Below are positions 50,449 to 64,000 of a DNA stretch of 64,000 nucleotides, one piece after another. Each line of letters starts with the position of its first letter. The first letter of the stretch is position 1. The DNA comes from Podarcis pityusensis (Eukaryota). The translations under genes were made by a program, and so were the position numbers. Under the pieces are notes generated by a model. That model ran no database searches, had not been told where the DNA came from, and saw only the letters and a list, made by a program, of their open reading frames with translations. The DNA lies in NCBI GenBank assembly GCA_964106645.2, contig OZ067047.1. One strand, written 5' to 3'.

Positions 50449-52393
50449 TTTTAGGAGGCTTTATGTACGACTAGGGGAGAAGTTTGAAGAGGAAAAGTAG
50501 AACACATATTTATGGGGGTGTAATGTTGACCTGTTTACAAAAATGCCATTGTGGTTGGCCAAGGACCTATGACTGAACTGAGACTTAATCCTGTGACCAG
50601 TGGTAATGGTGCTGCTTAAACACCTTTTCCCCCTCATAATTAAGCTATCTACCTGGAATGTCTCTTGAACAAATTCTGTTAACATGAATGCCACACTAAT
50701 TTCAGTGGGATTGCGCAAGAGGCATTCCTCATGCATTGTACTTTTAGTCATGATGGCTTTGAGGTAGCATGTGAACTGCTCACTCAAAATGCCAATAGGA
50801 GCAGAAAAATGAGTGAAATCACAAACATAATGTTGCCTAGATTTGTATTTTGGGTTATGAAGTGAACAGTTGTCCAACTGTAGTTCCATTTAACTAAAGC
50901 AATAGGCAGAAAAACTAATTGTGCACTGAAATAAAGATATGCCTCTTACTGCACATAGAAATGCTTACAAAGTAGATTCAGTGTTTTTAATATTCCACAC
51001 AAAGTGATGAATCTCAGAGAAGTCAAATTGTGGATTGGAGTCTTGAGTCACTTCCTTTCTCAGTAGAATTTTGTACTGAGATTTTTCAGGACATGCAAGA
51101 AATTGTGAAGGTGGCTGACCATTACTTGATCAGATTTGAAACTGAAAGCTGTTTTAAGATCTGCTGACTTCTTCAGTCATACAAGGACATAAAGACAGCT
51201 TTGGCTACAATCCTAAGTACCTTTACTAGGGAGTACCATTTGACTAAATAGGATTTACTCCTGAATAAGCATTATTATGATTGCAGTATTGTGTTTGTCA
51301 GTCTCATATTAAAAATAGTCTTAAAATTTGAAAGCCGGAAGCTTGCTCAGGGATAGTGACAGCAACTGACAATGGTGCTAATCTTTGCTTGACAAATAAA
51401 GTTTGTCTATTAAATACATGCAGTGGTTGCCTATCTGTTATTAGTACTGTACATTAATCTCTTACTTTTGTGCATGGTGCTGTTGCAATCAAAATTCTGA
51501 CACTTCTTTGCTGTGAACAGAGTTTCTAGATCTCCAGTGCAATCAATTAATTTTTCCCTGAAATCATCTACCCTCACAATTTTATAATTGTTCTGTTTTA
51601 TATTTGTATCTGCATTTTAGCCTCACTGTGACCCTGTAAGGTGGGTTAGTTTGCAAGAGAACTAACTAAAAGCTGGCAGCCTAGCTATATATTCTGCCTG
51701 AACATTTATGATTTTAACGTGGTCTATCTACACATGCAGCAGAAGATGATAGTAGTAGTAGTGCTTTAAAATGGATTGTACTACTTCAGATTGGAGATGG
51801 GGATCCTATTTTTTAATGCTTCCCCATGTTAGGTGTGGGAGAAACACTCCCCACAAGTAGAAAACTAGGCTATGAGTATTTCTTTTCCTGATTTACCAGT
51901 TTTTTTCTTTTTGCTGGGACAATTTTTGTTTTTTGTTTGCTATTCTGCCACCTCTCTCCTACCTCTCTCCTGTCATGTGTGTGTGTGTTGGTCAAGCCTT
52001 TGCTGCAAACTTTGAAGGGTGGACTTCTGGCAAGGATTGGCACTGGGGTGGTCAGTGCTGTTTGGAAAACTGGAGAGGTGCTGTTAGAGTGTGCAGAGGT
52101 GTACTTACTGCAAGCTTGAGATATTTAGGGGGTGGCTTAGCATATTGGGCCTTGAAAAAAGACATTATTCACAAAGTGGTACTTTTAGTCTTCTTGTAGC
52201 TGCAGGTGTTCCCTAATCTCCAGAATCCCATTTGGAAGCAGCCAGTATCCTGTTGACAGTAGCTGGTGAAAGCTGCTGGAGTTATCTTGCATTTGACATT
52301 CTGTGGCTTCCAAGTATTTCTCATATTTCTCATTGTAAGGTCTACATTTCATTGATGGTGACAGCTAAGCACTTCCTTATCTGTTTATTTCAG

Positions 52394-52536
52394 CAAGCCT
52401 TGAGTAAAGGTGTTCGGAGGTACCATGCCTCTCGTGTCCTGTGCCAGAGGGCCAAAGTGGCCATGAGTCAGTTTGAACCCAGTGAATTTGTGAACTATGA
52501 AAAGCTTGAGAAAAACATCAACATTGTCCGGAAAAG
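52394..52536 (+). CDS. ACO2: ACO2 exon 2
   Basis: [29 protein letters not shown]...NINIVRKR; AG/GT boundaries. Confidence 0.96.
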
Positions 52537-53802
52537 GTAAGAGTTGAGCTTGAAAAATGTCTTATTAAATGGCTGGGAGGAAAGTAGTTATTACAAAAAT
52601 ACAATTGTATGCAAGATCTTGTAGTGGTAGTGGAATACGGAATATTGCTGGACAGCTTTCATGTATTGAGGCTTGAATGCATGTGGTGGCAAAGTTTTTT
52701 AAATTTCAGTTTCTTCCCCTTTTTCTTAAAACTGGTTCAGTTCAAAATATCAGAAAAAATTTAGGCTTAAAGTAGTCTTAATTGCACAGGTTATTTTAAA
52801 AAGTGCTTGCTTATTTCTTTTACTTCATTTTAAATGTTGCCATTTTAACTGAACACTCTAAAGTGGTGAGTGAACTTGTGGAATTCTGTTCTGGGGGGCA
52901 TATATTTAAAAATATAAAGCTTCTAGAAATAACTTTCTGTTATGGATAGTCATTTTTGCATCTTCCAAGCTTTTGGTAACCAATCTGAGTATGAAAATAA
53001 TTGCATTAACTGGTTCATCCTTAGTAGTCCTAGCTGCGAAACTTTTAGGATCAAAGCAAAAATGACCATTAAGCGCCCTCGCCTTCAGAGCTGTGAGGTA
53101 ATTATTGCCATAGATCCCATAAGTCATTCCACCCTACCTGTAGCATCTAGGAAACCTAATCAATTCATGCAAGCCATTATCATGTAACTAGTTGAGATTT
53201 TAACCCAAAATAGAAGGTGAATACTTGAGTGAAAAACTGCTTCGAAAGTCATACAAATTTATATTTGTTTTACAAAAGGGCAAACATCTCAAATGAGAAT
53301 TAGAGAAGCCAAATAGAACAGTTAGGAGTCAGTTCTGGTATAACATTCCTGCTTTTTAAACCCTGGTTGAGCAAGCAGTTGTGGGCTGCAGGATTCTCTG
53401 CTTTCCGTCATGCCCTGAATCTTCTGGAGCACAATTTTCCCTTGTTAGCTTTAACATTAGAGTGTATGCAGCATCAGGATCAACTATTTCTAGCCATTAG
53501 CTCCTGAAGCTCTTTCCTCTAGCTACATACTTGCGTGTAGAACCTGACAATGAGCCTTCACCTGTGACGGAACTGGGATAAAGTAATGGGCTACAATAGG
53601 GGTGGAGAACTTTTGGCCCTCAAGAAGTTGTTGGGACTACAACTCACATGACCTTTTACCATTAACAACCCTGGCTAGGACTAATGGAATCCAACCTTTC
53701 TGGAGGACTGTAGTTGCCCTACCCTGGCGCTGCAGACAGGACCTTTATGAGTCTCATGTTAACATTTTGAAAGATGTGACGTGGTTAAAATGAAGGAGCT
53801 GA

Positions 53803-54282
<480 letters not shown>

Positions 54283-55299
54283 TGAGGTTGCATCTAAAAT
54301 GGAAGTTGGGACTAAACGGATGTGGTGGTACAGAGCAAGAGCCTCTAAACTACCATTAAACTAATGAAAGTAAGCCTGTTAAATACAGGGAAAACCTTCC
54401 TAGACCCCAGCAAGCCATGAGGATCCTGCATATTTTAATATTTTCCAGTCTTGCCCTTTAAAATAACTTTCCATCTTGTCGCTTCTTCCTCTGAAATGTT
54501 TACCTTAGTTTCCAAAACAGTAAGACTTAGAGCAATACTGCTGTAGTAGACACTGTTGTAGTTACGATAAAGGTACCTCATGTGATTTCTTGGGTTTGAA
54601 ATGTTCCAGCTCAAGAATCTTTTTGCTCGTTAAGTCAGCAAAGTAATATCTGGAGAGTAACCAAAAAAAGCATGGGAAAGAAGTGATTTTTTTTTATTTG
54701 TTCTGCATTTGGACTGTTGCACATCAGGTTGAATAATGTAACAAATGTGCCCTCTTGATTCATAGAAACAGATCACTGCAGCATTTACAGAGAAAATCAT
54801 CCTTCATGCATTATAATCTTTGGTGTTGTTTTTATTTTTTAATGGGCTCAGCCTATTACATTGGTGGGATCAGACACAGCATCTCATTTTGCATGTGTCT
54901 CAGAAGAATGTACATACATATATATGTGTATATTACAGGAAGAGCATGCAGTGTTTGGAAAAGAGTTGATTATTATATAGTTGTTTATATTTGCCGTAAC
55001 AAAAAAGAAAAGAAAACGGAATAGATTTGTATACAACTCATGCAAGCTATACAATTAATCTCTGGATGCAGACCTTTTTTTAGAACACAACAGACAGGTT
55101 TTGGTTATTTATCCTGCCTGTCAACATATGCCTAGGAAAATTATAACTTATTGTAAGTTGCGACCAGCAGATTAAATAAATACCTAACTGCTTGGTATCT
55201 GACTGGGATGTCATTCTCAAAATAAAATCTCTGTACAGAGTAAAATCAAGGAATTATGGTGAAGAGTGGGGTGGCTGGTCTCTTAACTATTTGGGGTAG

Positions 55300-55497
<198 letters not shown>

Positions 55498-56479
55498 TAG
55501 GAACATAGGAGGCAGACTTGCATTGTTTTAGACCGTTGGTCTGCCCAGCTCAATATTGGCCACCTTGACTGGCAGTGACTCTCCAGAGTTTCAGGCGGAG
55601 GTATTTCCCTGCTCTACCTGGAGATGCTTAGGCATAGCCCATCCCCAGAAATAACTCTCTGTACTTTGTGACATCCTTTGTGTGGATGATTTTCAATCTT
55701 TCATATGAGAAGAACATGCAACTTTTTTTGGACATGTGGTCCTGCAGGGTGACTAATGTGTGCCGTTCTGGACAAATCTTCCAGCTGTCCATTCAAGGTC
55801 ATGCTGATCAGAGTGTAATTTGATATTTTGTTTTCTAGAACACCATTGGAAGGGTGTGTCTTTTTTTGGGGGGGGTCTCCAAAATCCAGCGTTTTTTCCC
55901 TTGTAGTCGCAAATTTAAGAGAAAGTTGACAGGTTAGAATTGCAGAGTTGGACACTGCACCATGTCACTTGCATGTTTTTTTCCTGCTGAAATTCATTTT
56001 TGAAAGCAGGGACTTGAGAAGGGGCAGCAATGGATTTGTGCTCTCCACAATTAAACTGTGGTATTTTCTGTGGCAGAACTCACTCTTTTAATGTAACATT
56101 AGTTTTCCTTTGGCCTGGTAGAAAGGCCTTTAATATATCCTATTAGATTTGACCTTGAGGTTAACTGGTCATAGTATTTTTTGAGCTTTGTATTCTTGTA
56201 ATTAACTATGAATTTTTAGAGAGCAGGAGTTCAAGGGGAAACTTAGGAGATGGAAGCCTTTAAATTCATCTGATTGTGTCAGCAAGCTCCTCTTGTGTCC
56301 CTTACTGATGGCTTCTTTCTTCCCTACCCTGATGAGCATGACTCATAGCCAGCCCAAACTGATTGACCCTTCTGAATCTGCTTTAGTACTAGAAAAGTTT
56401 CCAAACCATTTTGGTAGTTATTACATCACCTTAAGAGTCCTGCTGAGTTTGTCTACATAAATCTCTCCTTCTTTCTCAG

Positions 56480-56638
56480 ATCATCCTGGAGAACTATTCC
56501 TATCCTGGTGTTATGCTTATTGGCACAGATTCCCATACCCCCAATGGTGGTGGCTTGGGTGCAATCTGCATTGGAGTTGGTGGAGCTGATGCAGTTGATG
56601 TCATGGCAGGAATCCCCTGGGAGCTCAAATGCCCAAAG
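56480..56638 (+). CDS. ACO2: ACO2 exon 5
   Basis: [27 protein letters not shown]...WELKCPK; 159 nt. Confidence 0.98.
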
Positions 56639-56957
56639 GTGAGACAGTGGAGCATATAAACGTTGCCTCCATGCAGACAGTTGGGATAGGTGAACAAGAG
56701 GGTTCTTTCTAAAGGAAAAAAAGGGGGGATTTTACAATATCAAAATATGCTGGTGTAAATGTATAGCTATTGCTTGCAAGTGGAAACTCTGAATTTCCAC
56801 TCTTCCCTTTTTCTTATTCTTGCAGCTTGGAAGATACGCTGATGCCACTAACTTTAGTTAAGCATACCTGAGCTTAATAGCAGATAAGGAATGTGAATCT
56901 CTGCTCCAAGAATCTCTCTTATATTTGCAATAAGGATATTAGTAAACAGCCATTTGA

Positions 56958-57194
<237 letters not shown>

Positions 57195-58114
57195 TAGATC
57201 TAGAAAATTTTGGACCATGAAGGTTTGGGAGCTGGTGGTAATGGTCAGATCAGTGACTGAGGATGGAAAGAAATTGTTGGTCCTTGGGAGTGGAATTAGA
57301 ACACGACAAGCAGCCATTGGCTAAGTAGATCAGCAGTGTGATACAGAAGAATCTATGTATTAATCCCTAATTTAAACATTAAACATTATCGGTACAGTAA
57401 TACTATAACATAGCAGTTGTAACAATATGCTAAAGGTAAGTAAACATTTATCAGTTTCAGAATTAGACCCATAAGTAGTAGCAGTTGCCAGGACATTGCC
57501 ATGTTCACCTCTACATAGCTCCAGGAATCAATTATTTCAGATACTGTATCATGATCTATTGAAATATTGCAGTGTTTAGCTGTGATATATCGCGATGTTG
57601 AAAACCAGATATCACCCAGCCCTAGCCAGGAGTGGCAGTTTCATAGGTCTGATGGCTCCAAGTGGCTCAAGTGAGGCTTGCTTTTCTGTAAATTCATGTC
57701 TTCATGCCCCAAAGGTGCTATCCAGAAGCGGTACACAGGTGGTTGTGTTTGGTCACTACCTGGGTCCTGTACTAAAAATACATGTAAATCTATAGAATAA
57801 TTTTTTTAATAGTCATTGATAATAAAATGTGACTTGTTTTCTTGGAAAAGACAGTATTACTGCTATTAGAAGAGGAAGGGATTGCAGTAGAACTAGTGTA
57901 TTTATCAAACTATCTAGTTTTTTACTGCATAGCAAATCTCTCTTTTTAAGAGAGATTTTCCTATTTAATGAGCAGTAATATCTGGCTCTTGGCTGTTTAT
58001 AAACTCATAAGTAAAATGATGGACTGTAACAGGTCAGTATACTGACTTGCAAATGGCTTTAATTACTTGGGTTCCAATCTCACTTGTGGTATGGATCACC
58101 TCTTTCAACCACAG

Positions 58115-58219
58115 GAATGGCAACTATCTGCAATATGGGAGCTGAGATTGGTGCCACCACTTCAGTCTTCCCTTACAATAACCGGATGAAAACATACTTG
58201 TCCAAGACTGGACGAGCAG
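58115..58219 (+). CDS. ACO2: ACO2 exon 7
   Basis: [21 protein letters not shown]...; 105 nt. Confidence 0.98.
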
Positions 58220-59380
58220 GTAAGAACTTGTGGAAATATGTCAAGGGGTCATACAAAACGGAAGGCATTTCCGCCCCCCCCCTTTTCTTCACTGTTCTGC
58301 CTTGTGTGAAATTACATCTTTCATTTGCTGGCTGTTTGTATCTTATTCTAATTAAATGGATTTTAATTTCCAACATACTGCAAAGCCAAGAGGACTTCTG
58401 GGAAATACCTAAGGAAATGAAGCTCTAGAAGAAATTCATTTCATGAGTTAATGGGATAAAGCAAATCATGAATTCAAAGGGTTGCTCCCTTAAATTGTTT
58501 AACTGAACAGAGATGGTAGGCTATTGAGAATGGGATGGGGGACGGGGAGAAGGAGAATGGGACTGTGTCATGTTGTTTAACCTGGTGCAGAGTTGCAGCT
58601 TGTGTCCTTTCCTCCGTTCATGTTTGTTTTAGGCAAACATCAACTGGTCAGGGCTCTTGTAGAAGGTGACTTATGCTATGCAGTTACAATCCTCTTAAGT
58701 AAATGTAGCTAGAATGAATTAACTTTATTGTTGATTAAAACATAACTGTGCCAGTTTTATAAACCACGACTCAGAGCTCCATTCTCCAACCTGATGCCTT
58801 CCAGCTGTTGGTGAACTAAATCTCCCACCAGTCCCAGCCAGCATGAACAATGATCAGGGATGATGGAAATTGTTGTCCAGCAACATCTGGAGGGCACCAG
58901 GTTGGAAAAGTCTGGTTCAGATTATTGGAAATAAGCCATAACACATACCTGGTTTGTGTGCTTCCTCTGGCATGAGGAGAATGGAAATGTCCTTGTCCCC
59001 AACCCTTTTGGGCCTGGAGGCACATTTTACAGAAGGAAAATGCTTAGAATCCCCTCCCCCCCAAACAAGCACAACATCTACAGTCCCCTAAACAGATTTT
59101 AAAAAGGGGGGAAACTCTGCGAAAATAGGCAACCCTCTCCCAACCAAATAGCTCCAGAAAAGCCCACAACTTAAATTTAAAAAAGAAAATGGGAAGGACA
59201 GGAGGTCTTGTTGGCTACTGAGAGGTGTGTCCAAGGGTTACAACCACATGGGGGATCTCAGATCAAACTATAGTTCCATGTTGTGGAAAAGCTTCATGAA
59301 GCTTGTTTCATTCAAGGTACCCAAAACAAGGAAATACAAAGCCCAACCTCAAATGATGAACCAAAATGCAAAATTGGGTA

Positions 59381-59730
59381 AAGGTAAAGGGACCCCTGAC
59401 CATTAGGTCCAGTCGTGACTGACTCTGGGGTTGCGGTGCTCATCTCGCTTTATTGGCCGAGGAAGCCGGCATACAGCTTCCAGGTCATGTGGCCAGCATG
59501 ACTAAGCCGCTTCTTGCAAACCAGAGCAGCACACAGAAACGCTGTTTACCTTCCCGCCGGAGCGGTACCCATTTATCTACTTGCACTTTGATGTGCTTTC
59601 GAACTGCTATGTGGGCAGGAGCAGGGACCGAGCAACGGGAGCTCACCCCGTCGCGGGGATTCGAACCGCCGACCTTCTGATCGGCAAGTCCTAGGCTCTG
59701 TGGTTTAACCCACACCGCCACCCGCGTCCC
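59381..59730 (-). mobile_element. Sauria SINE, full length (ACO2 intron 7)
   Basis: Reverse-complement match to the 13082 copy; (CCTTTA)n tail; TSD AAATTGGGTA at 59371-59380 and 59731-59740. Confidence 0.92.
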
Positions 59731-59971
59731 AAATTGGGTACAAGCATATAATTGGGTATGAGCATATAAATTTCCAAATTAACATGCAAAGTGTATAAAT
59801 GTATGTAACTTTAATCTCTTTACATAAGTCAAATGTACAAAATAGGGTGAATAATTAATATCAGTCCAGTTTTGGAGAGCCCAGTCTAGGGACCTGTTCT
59901 TTACTGCTGACTGCCTTTTGGTTTATCTCCTCTTGACCTCTGCGTTCAGCTTTCTCCCTCTCTGATTTCAG

Positions 59972-60063
59972 CGATTGCTAGTTTGGCAGATGAATTCCAA
60001 GAGCACTTGAAGCCGGATCCTGGATGTCCTTATGACCAGTTGATTGAAATTAACCTCAACGAG
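59972..60063 (+). CDS. ACO2: ACO2 exon 8
   Basis: [30 protein letters not shown]; 92 nt. Confidence 0.97.
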
Positions 60064-60524
60064 GTAGGATACACTTGCTATTTTTAAAGAAACAGTTCAT
60101 GTAGGAGACCTAACAAGGGCATTTTAGATGATATATTCAAATGACATTGCTCAAGAGATTTGACACAATTCCTTTCTAAAGTTTAGTCTATATATCAGTA
60201 GGGAATATTGACTTGGAAAGAAGACAAGTTATTGTAGCAACTTGAAATAAGGAAACTGCATATCTTGCTGACCTTTTCACTCCTAAAATCTAGCCTAGAC
60301 TTAAATTTTTCATTTATTCTGCTCTTCATGGTCCATTCTTCCTAGATTTAGATTTCTCTTCTCAATTAAAAGTGCCTATTTAAGAACAAACATTTTAAAG
60401 TGCTTCTTGTTCATGAAAAATTCCTGTCTTGCCATTGTGTATAAAAATCGTGTTCTTGCAATGTAGTGGTGATTATTCAGAATTTTCTCAACTACTTGTG
60501 ACATTTCCCCCCCCCTTCCCAAAG

Positions 60525-60630
60525 CTGAAGCCCCTTATCAATGGGCCCTTCACTCCAGATCTGGCACACACTGTAGAAGAAGTTGGTGCTGTTGCAGAAA
60601 AGAAGGGCTGGCCAATAGATATCAGAGTTG
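60525..60630 (+). CDS. ACO2: ACO2 exon 9
   Basis: [15 protein letters not shown]...GWPIDIRV; 106 nt; AAG acceptor. Confidence 0.97.
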
Positions 60631-61156
60631 GTGAGTAGCACTTTTCCCTTGCTGATGATTCTCCTGGTAGCTTTTCTCTCCACCTTGAAAACTGAGGTAA
60701 CATTACTTCAGCTGCCTCTAAGCGTGCTCTTCGTAACTATCAAGCCAGTTCCTGGAAGGAATGCTCTGTCTATCAAGTATACAGGTAGCTCCAGTCTTGC
60801 ATGTTGGGACTACAACAGAGCTTGAAGGTCCTCATTGACTGTGGTCTAGAATATGCAGAACCCTCTTGTGACAAACCTGTTCTGTAAACATGAACATTCA
60901 GTATCCCACTAGGAGTCTTCATCCTTTCTTTCTTTAAGGAGCATGCTTGAGCTATTTCACTCTCAAATTTAATTCCAAGGGGAAGCCGGCTGTTTTTCTC
61001 TTTAAGTGTTGTTCTAAGATACTAGAGGTTAAGCAGAGAGCCTAGCTTGGAAATCTCCGGCAAAATGAGTACTGATATGTTACATGTTTCTTTAATTTCT
61101 TTCTTTTTTTAACAGGACTTGTGGGTGAGGTTAAACATTTGGAGGTCTGTTTCTGA

Positions 61157-61393
<237 letters not shown>

Positions 61394-61447
61394 TGAAGAC
61401 CGCCACATAGTTTTCTATTGGCTAATTCTGTTCTTTACCTTCTTCAG

Positions 61448-61521
61448 TCGAAAATCCTGCGTGACGTTGGTGGAGTGGTTCTTGCCAATGCTTGCGGGCC
61501 ATGCATAGGCCAGTGGGACCG
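61448..61521 (+). CDS. ACO2: ACO2 exon 11 (NACGPCIG, cluster ligands)
   Basis: [25 protein letters not shown]; 74 nt. Confidence 0.98.
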
Positions 61522-61819
61522 GTAAGAGGGAATGCATTAAACTGATTTCCCATAAGAAATGAATCCTTTTACATTGGAAATGAAATAAATGCATGAATGC
61601 AGATAAAGCAAAAATTTGCAAGCAGAGATCGTTCTTCCAGGTCTCAAATGAACTGGTTAGCGCGAAGAAGATGTTTTAAATTGTTTTTCAGCACAGCTTT
61701 GGGAACGCTGGTTGCAGAGCAATACAAAGCTTTGCACGTGGGCCGTGAACAGCTAGCTGTTCATAGCTTCAGGTTTTACAATTTCTGTAGATCTTGACAA
61801 GCCTTTCTCTTTTGCTTGA

Positions 61820-61942
<123 letters not shown>

Positions 61943-62388
61943 TAGTATGCATCAGGTTTATTCTACAAGGGGAGAGGTAGGCATCAGAAACTGGACCTGC
62001 TGCATTTCCTTTGGGAAAAGGATAAGTGGGCCTTTGAAAGCTCCAGAGCTCAAGCGGGGGAAGTATAAGAATTGTGGATAGCTTCCTTGTGCTTTAAAAC
62101 CTAGTGGCCCACAAGTCTTCTCAAAATGAGAATACAAATAGTTGTTCACTTGAAATTAAGGTGAGGAGATTATGCAGTTTAGTCAGGGTTGGTTTCAATC
62201 TTGAGCAGATAAGTCTTCCTTGTACCCTCACATTTCATGCTAATAGTAGGCTTTCCCTAACAAGTATTTCCTTGTGAGATGTCTGAATTATGGTAAAAAA
62301 AATTAGATTGGAATTTTTAGAGTGACAGAATAGAATGAAATTTAGGAAATGGGCTTCTCTCTCACCCATAACAGATACTTTTTTTCAG

Positions 62389-62511
62389 ATTGTAACAGCC
62401 CTATCACTTGCCGGCACCCTGAAATTTAACCCAGAGGTAGACTTCCTGACAGGTTCTGATGGAAAGAAGTTCAAACTTGAGCCACCTGATGCTGACGAGC
62501 TGCCCAGACTG
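62389..62511 (+). CDS. ACO2: ACO2 exon 13
   Basis: [41 protein letters not shown]; 123 nt. Confidence 0.97.
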
Positions 62512-62953
62512 GTAACCTTCCCACTTCTTGTCAAACTTGCTTCCCATCTTACATCACCAATTGGTAGGAAAATTATTAAAGGACAATGCATTGGAAACAA
62601 TGTTTTTGCCTCAGTATAGCTGTTTAAATATGAAAATGTTCTTAAGGTGGTGTGCAGAACATGACTAGTAATCCCACTGGACAGAGACGGTTGTCTTATC
62701 TGAGTGAGATAGATGTGGGAGGTGGGAGCAGGCAGTCAAACTAGGGAAGACCACATGATTCAAGGAACACCTGAAGATGGCTGAGCAGAGAGATGACTGA
62801 TGGGGGAATTCCTTGAGATACCCTTTCTTTGTGACCCTGAAATACAAAATATGTGGCCTTGCCTGAATACTATGAATTTGGGTTTTCTCTCTCTTCTGGA
62901 TAAGGTTGGCTTCCTCCTTACATCCCTTTGCTTTTAATAATAATTTCCTTCAG

Positions 62954-63109
62954 GAATTTGACCCAGGACAGGACACCTATCAGCACCCCCCCAAGGATGG
63001 CAGCAGCCAGCATGTGGATGTGAGCCCCACTAGTCAGCGCTTGCAGCTCCTTGAGCCCTTTGACAAGTGGAATGGCAAGGACCTTGAAGACATGTTAATT
63101 CTCATAAAA
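62954..63109 (+). CDS. ACO2: ACO2 exon 14 (gene continues beyond the window)
   Basis: [13 protein letters not shown]...[26 protein letters not shown]; 156 nt; donor AAA|GTAAGG. Confidence 0.97.
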
Positions 63110-63214
63110 GTAAGGAGGGGAGGGAGCCTGGGTAGGGATGGGAACTATTAATTGTCCACTCACCGCTGGAATTGGGAATGCCTGCTTCCAAGGGTCCAGT
63201 GTCACACACTTCAG

Positions 63215-63370
63215 GGATGTTCTGAGGTATTCTTCTGCTGGAGACCTCCATGCACACTGCCCAGGCTTGCACCCCAGGGAGGTCACTTCGGTGCTGCTAA
63301 CGCAGCGATTTGGCTTCACCCCTGGAGGCATACACCTTTGTCTCGCGGGACAGACAGATGCCAACAATGT
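63215..63370 (+). mobile_element. Probable retroposon 3' fragment (RTE-like end GACAGACAGATGCCAACAA)
   Basis: GC-rich island in an AT-rich intron ending in a CAA tail; the family assignment is tentative. Confidence 0.4.
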
Positions 63371-64000
63371 GTGATGCCTAAATTTCCCACCAGCGGAATC
63401 AGTCTTCAGGGTAGATTTAAACAGCAGAGCTTTTATTGGAAGATTTTTTAAAAATGTAATTGTGCTACATATCCAAATGTTCCTGGCAACTCGCAGCCCA
63501 TAATTTATAAGGTGGGTTCTTGAACTTTATATCACAAGCACAATGACCCCAACCACAGTATTCAAGGGTAAGTTCCACTGATAATTTTCAGCTAATCTCT
63601 TGTGATTATGAGGTTTAACCGTTTGCCAATTCAGTACATTTTAATGGAAGATCTAGGCAAAAGTTGGGTATGGACAGGATTAAACATATGGAATCTCCAC
63701 AGTGGCATGAAAATCAAAGGATGCTAAGAATACTAAATTGGGGAATTGGAAACCCCAAAGCTTGCAGTAGTCCTCTATATAACTTAAAACAAATGGGAAT
63801 AAAAAAAGCATATCTCCTTTTGATCATATAGGGTTGTATCCAGTGATAGTTCTACTCAGGGTTGAACCATTGAAAATAAGGACCATGAATTAGGTCCCTT
63901 AATTTCAATGAGTCGGTTCCAATTAGAACTTAGTTGGATACTAGCACAGAAGCACATGTCGCTTGATGATGAGATAGCTGCACTGGTTACCAATTTGCAG

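Noticed and set aside
51004-51083. C/D-box snoRNA-like spacing (GTGATGA...CTGA) in ACO2 intron 1
   Set aside because: No convincing terminal stem or recognisable guide. The CTGAGATT instead pairs with AATCTCAG immediately after the C box.

Overview
Vertebrate genomic DNA from a squamate reptile. Sauria SINEs, Bov-B/RTE, CR1 and a TA-flanked CAGTGGTACCTC MITE suggest a lacertid-type lizard. The window covers the conserved TOB2 - PHF5A - ACO2 block. TOB2 is on the minus strand with a single coding exon (20264-21292), a ~3.3 kb 3'UTR and a CpG-island promoter near 28.5 kb. PHF5A is on the minus strand with 4 coding exons (110 aa). ACO2 is on the plus strand, head-to-head with PHF5A; exons 1-14 are present, the rest lie beyond the window, and its start codon sits inside an iron-responsive element. 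Beyond the known genes, the main points of interest are: (i) three Penelope-type minimal hammerhead-ribozyme relics, one near-intact in a 135-bp insertion with a 13-bp target-site duplication; (ii) a stretch at ~0.9-5.1 kb on the minus strand that reads like a decayed coding gene; (iii) an orphan CpG-rich promoter-like element at ~31.4-32.5 kb carrying a 225-codon unexplained ORF; (iv) a complex TOB2 leader with several splice donors and a uORF; and (v) CRE, MEF2 and D-box modules. All calls are from reading the sequence; no searches were run.
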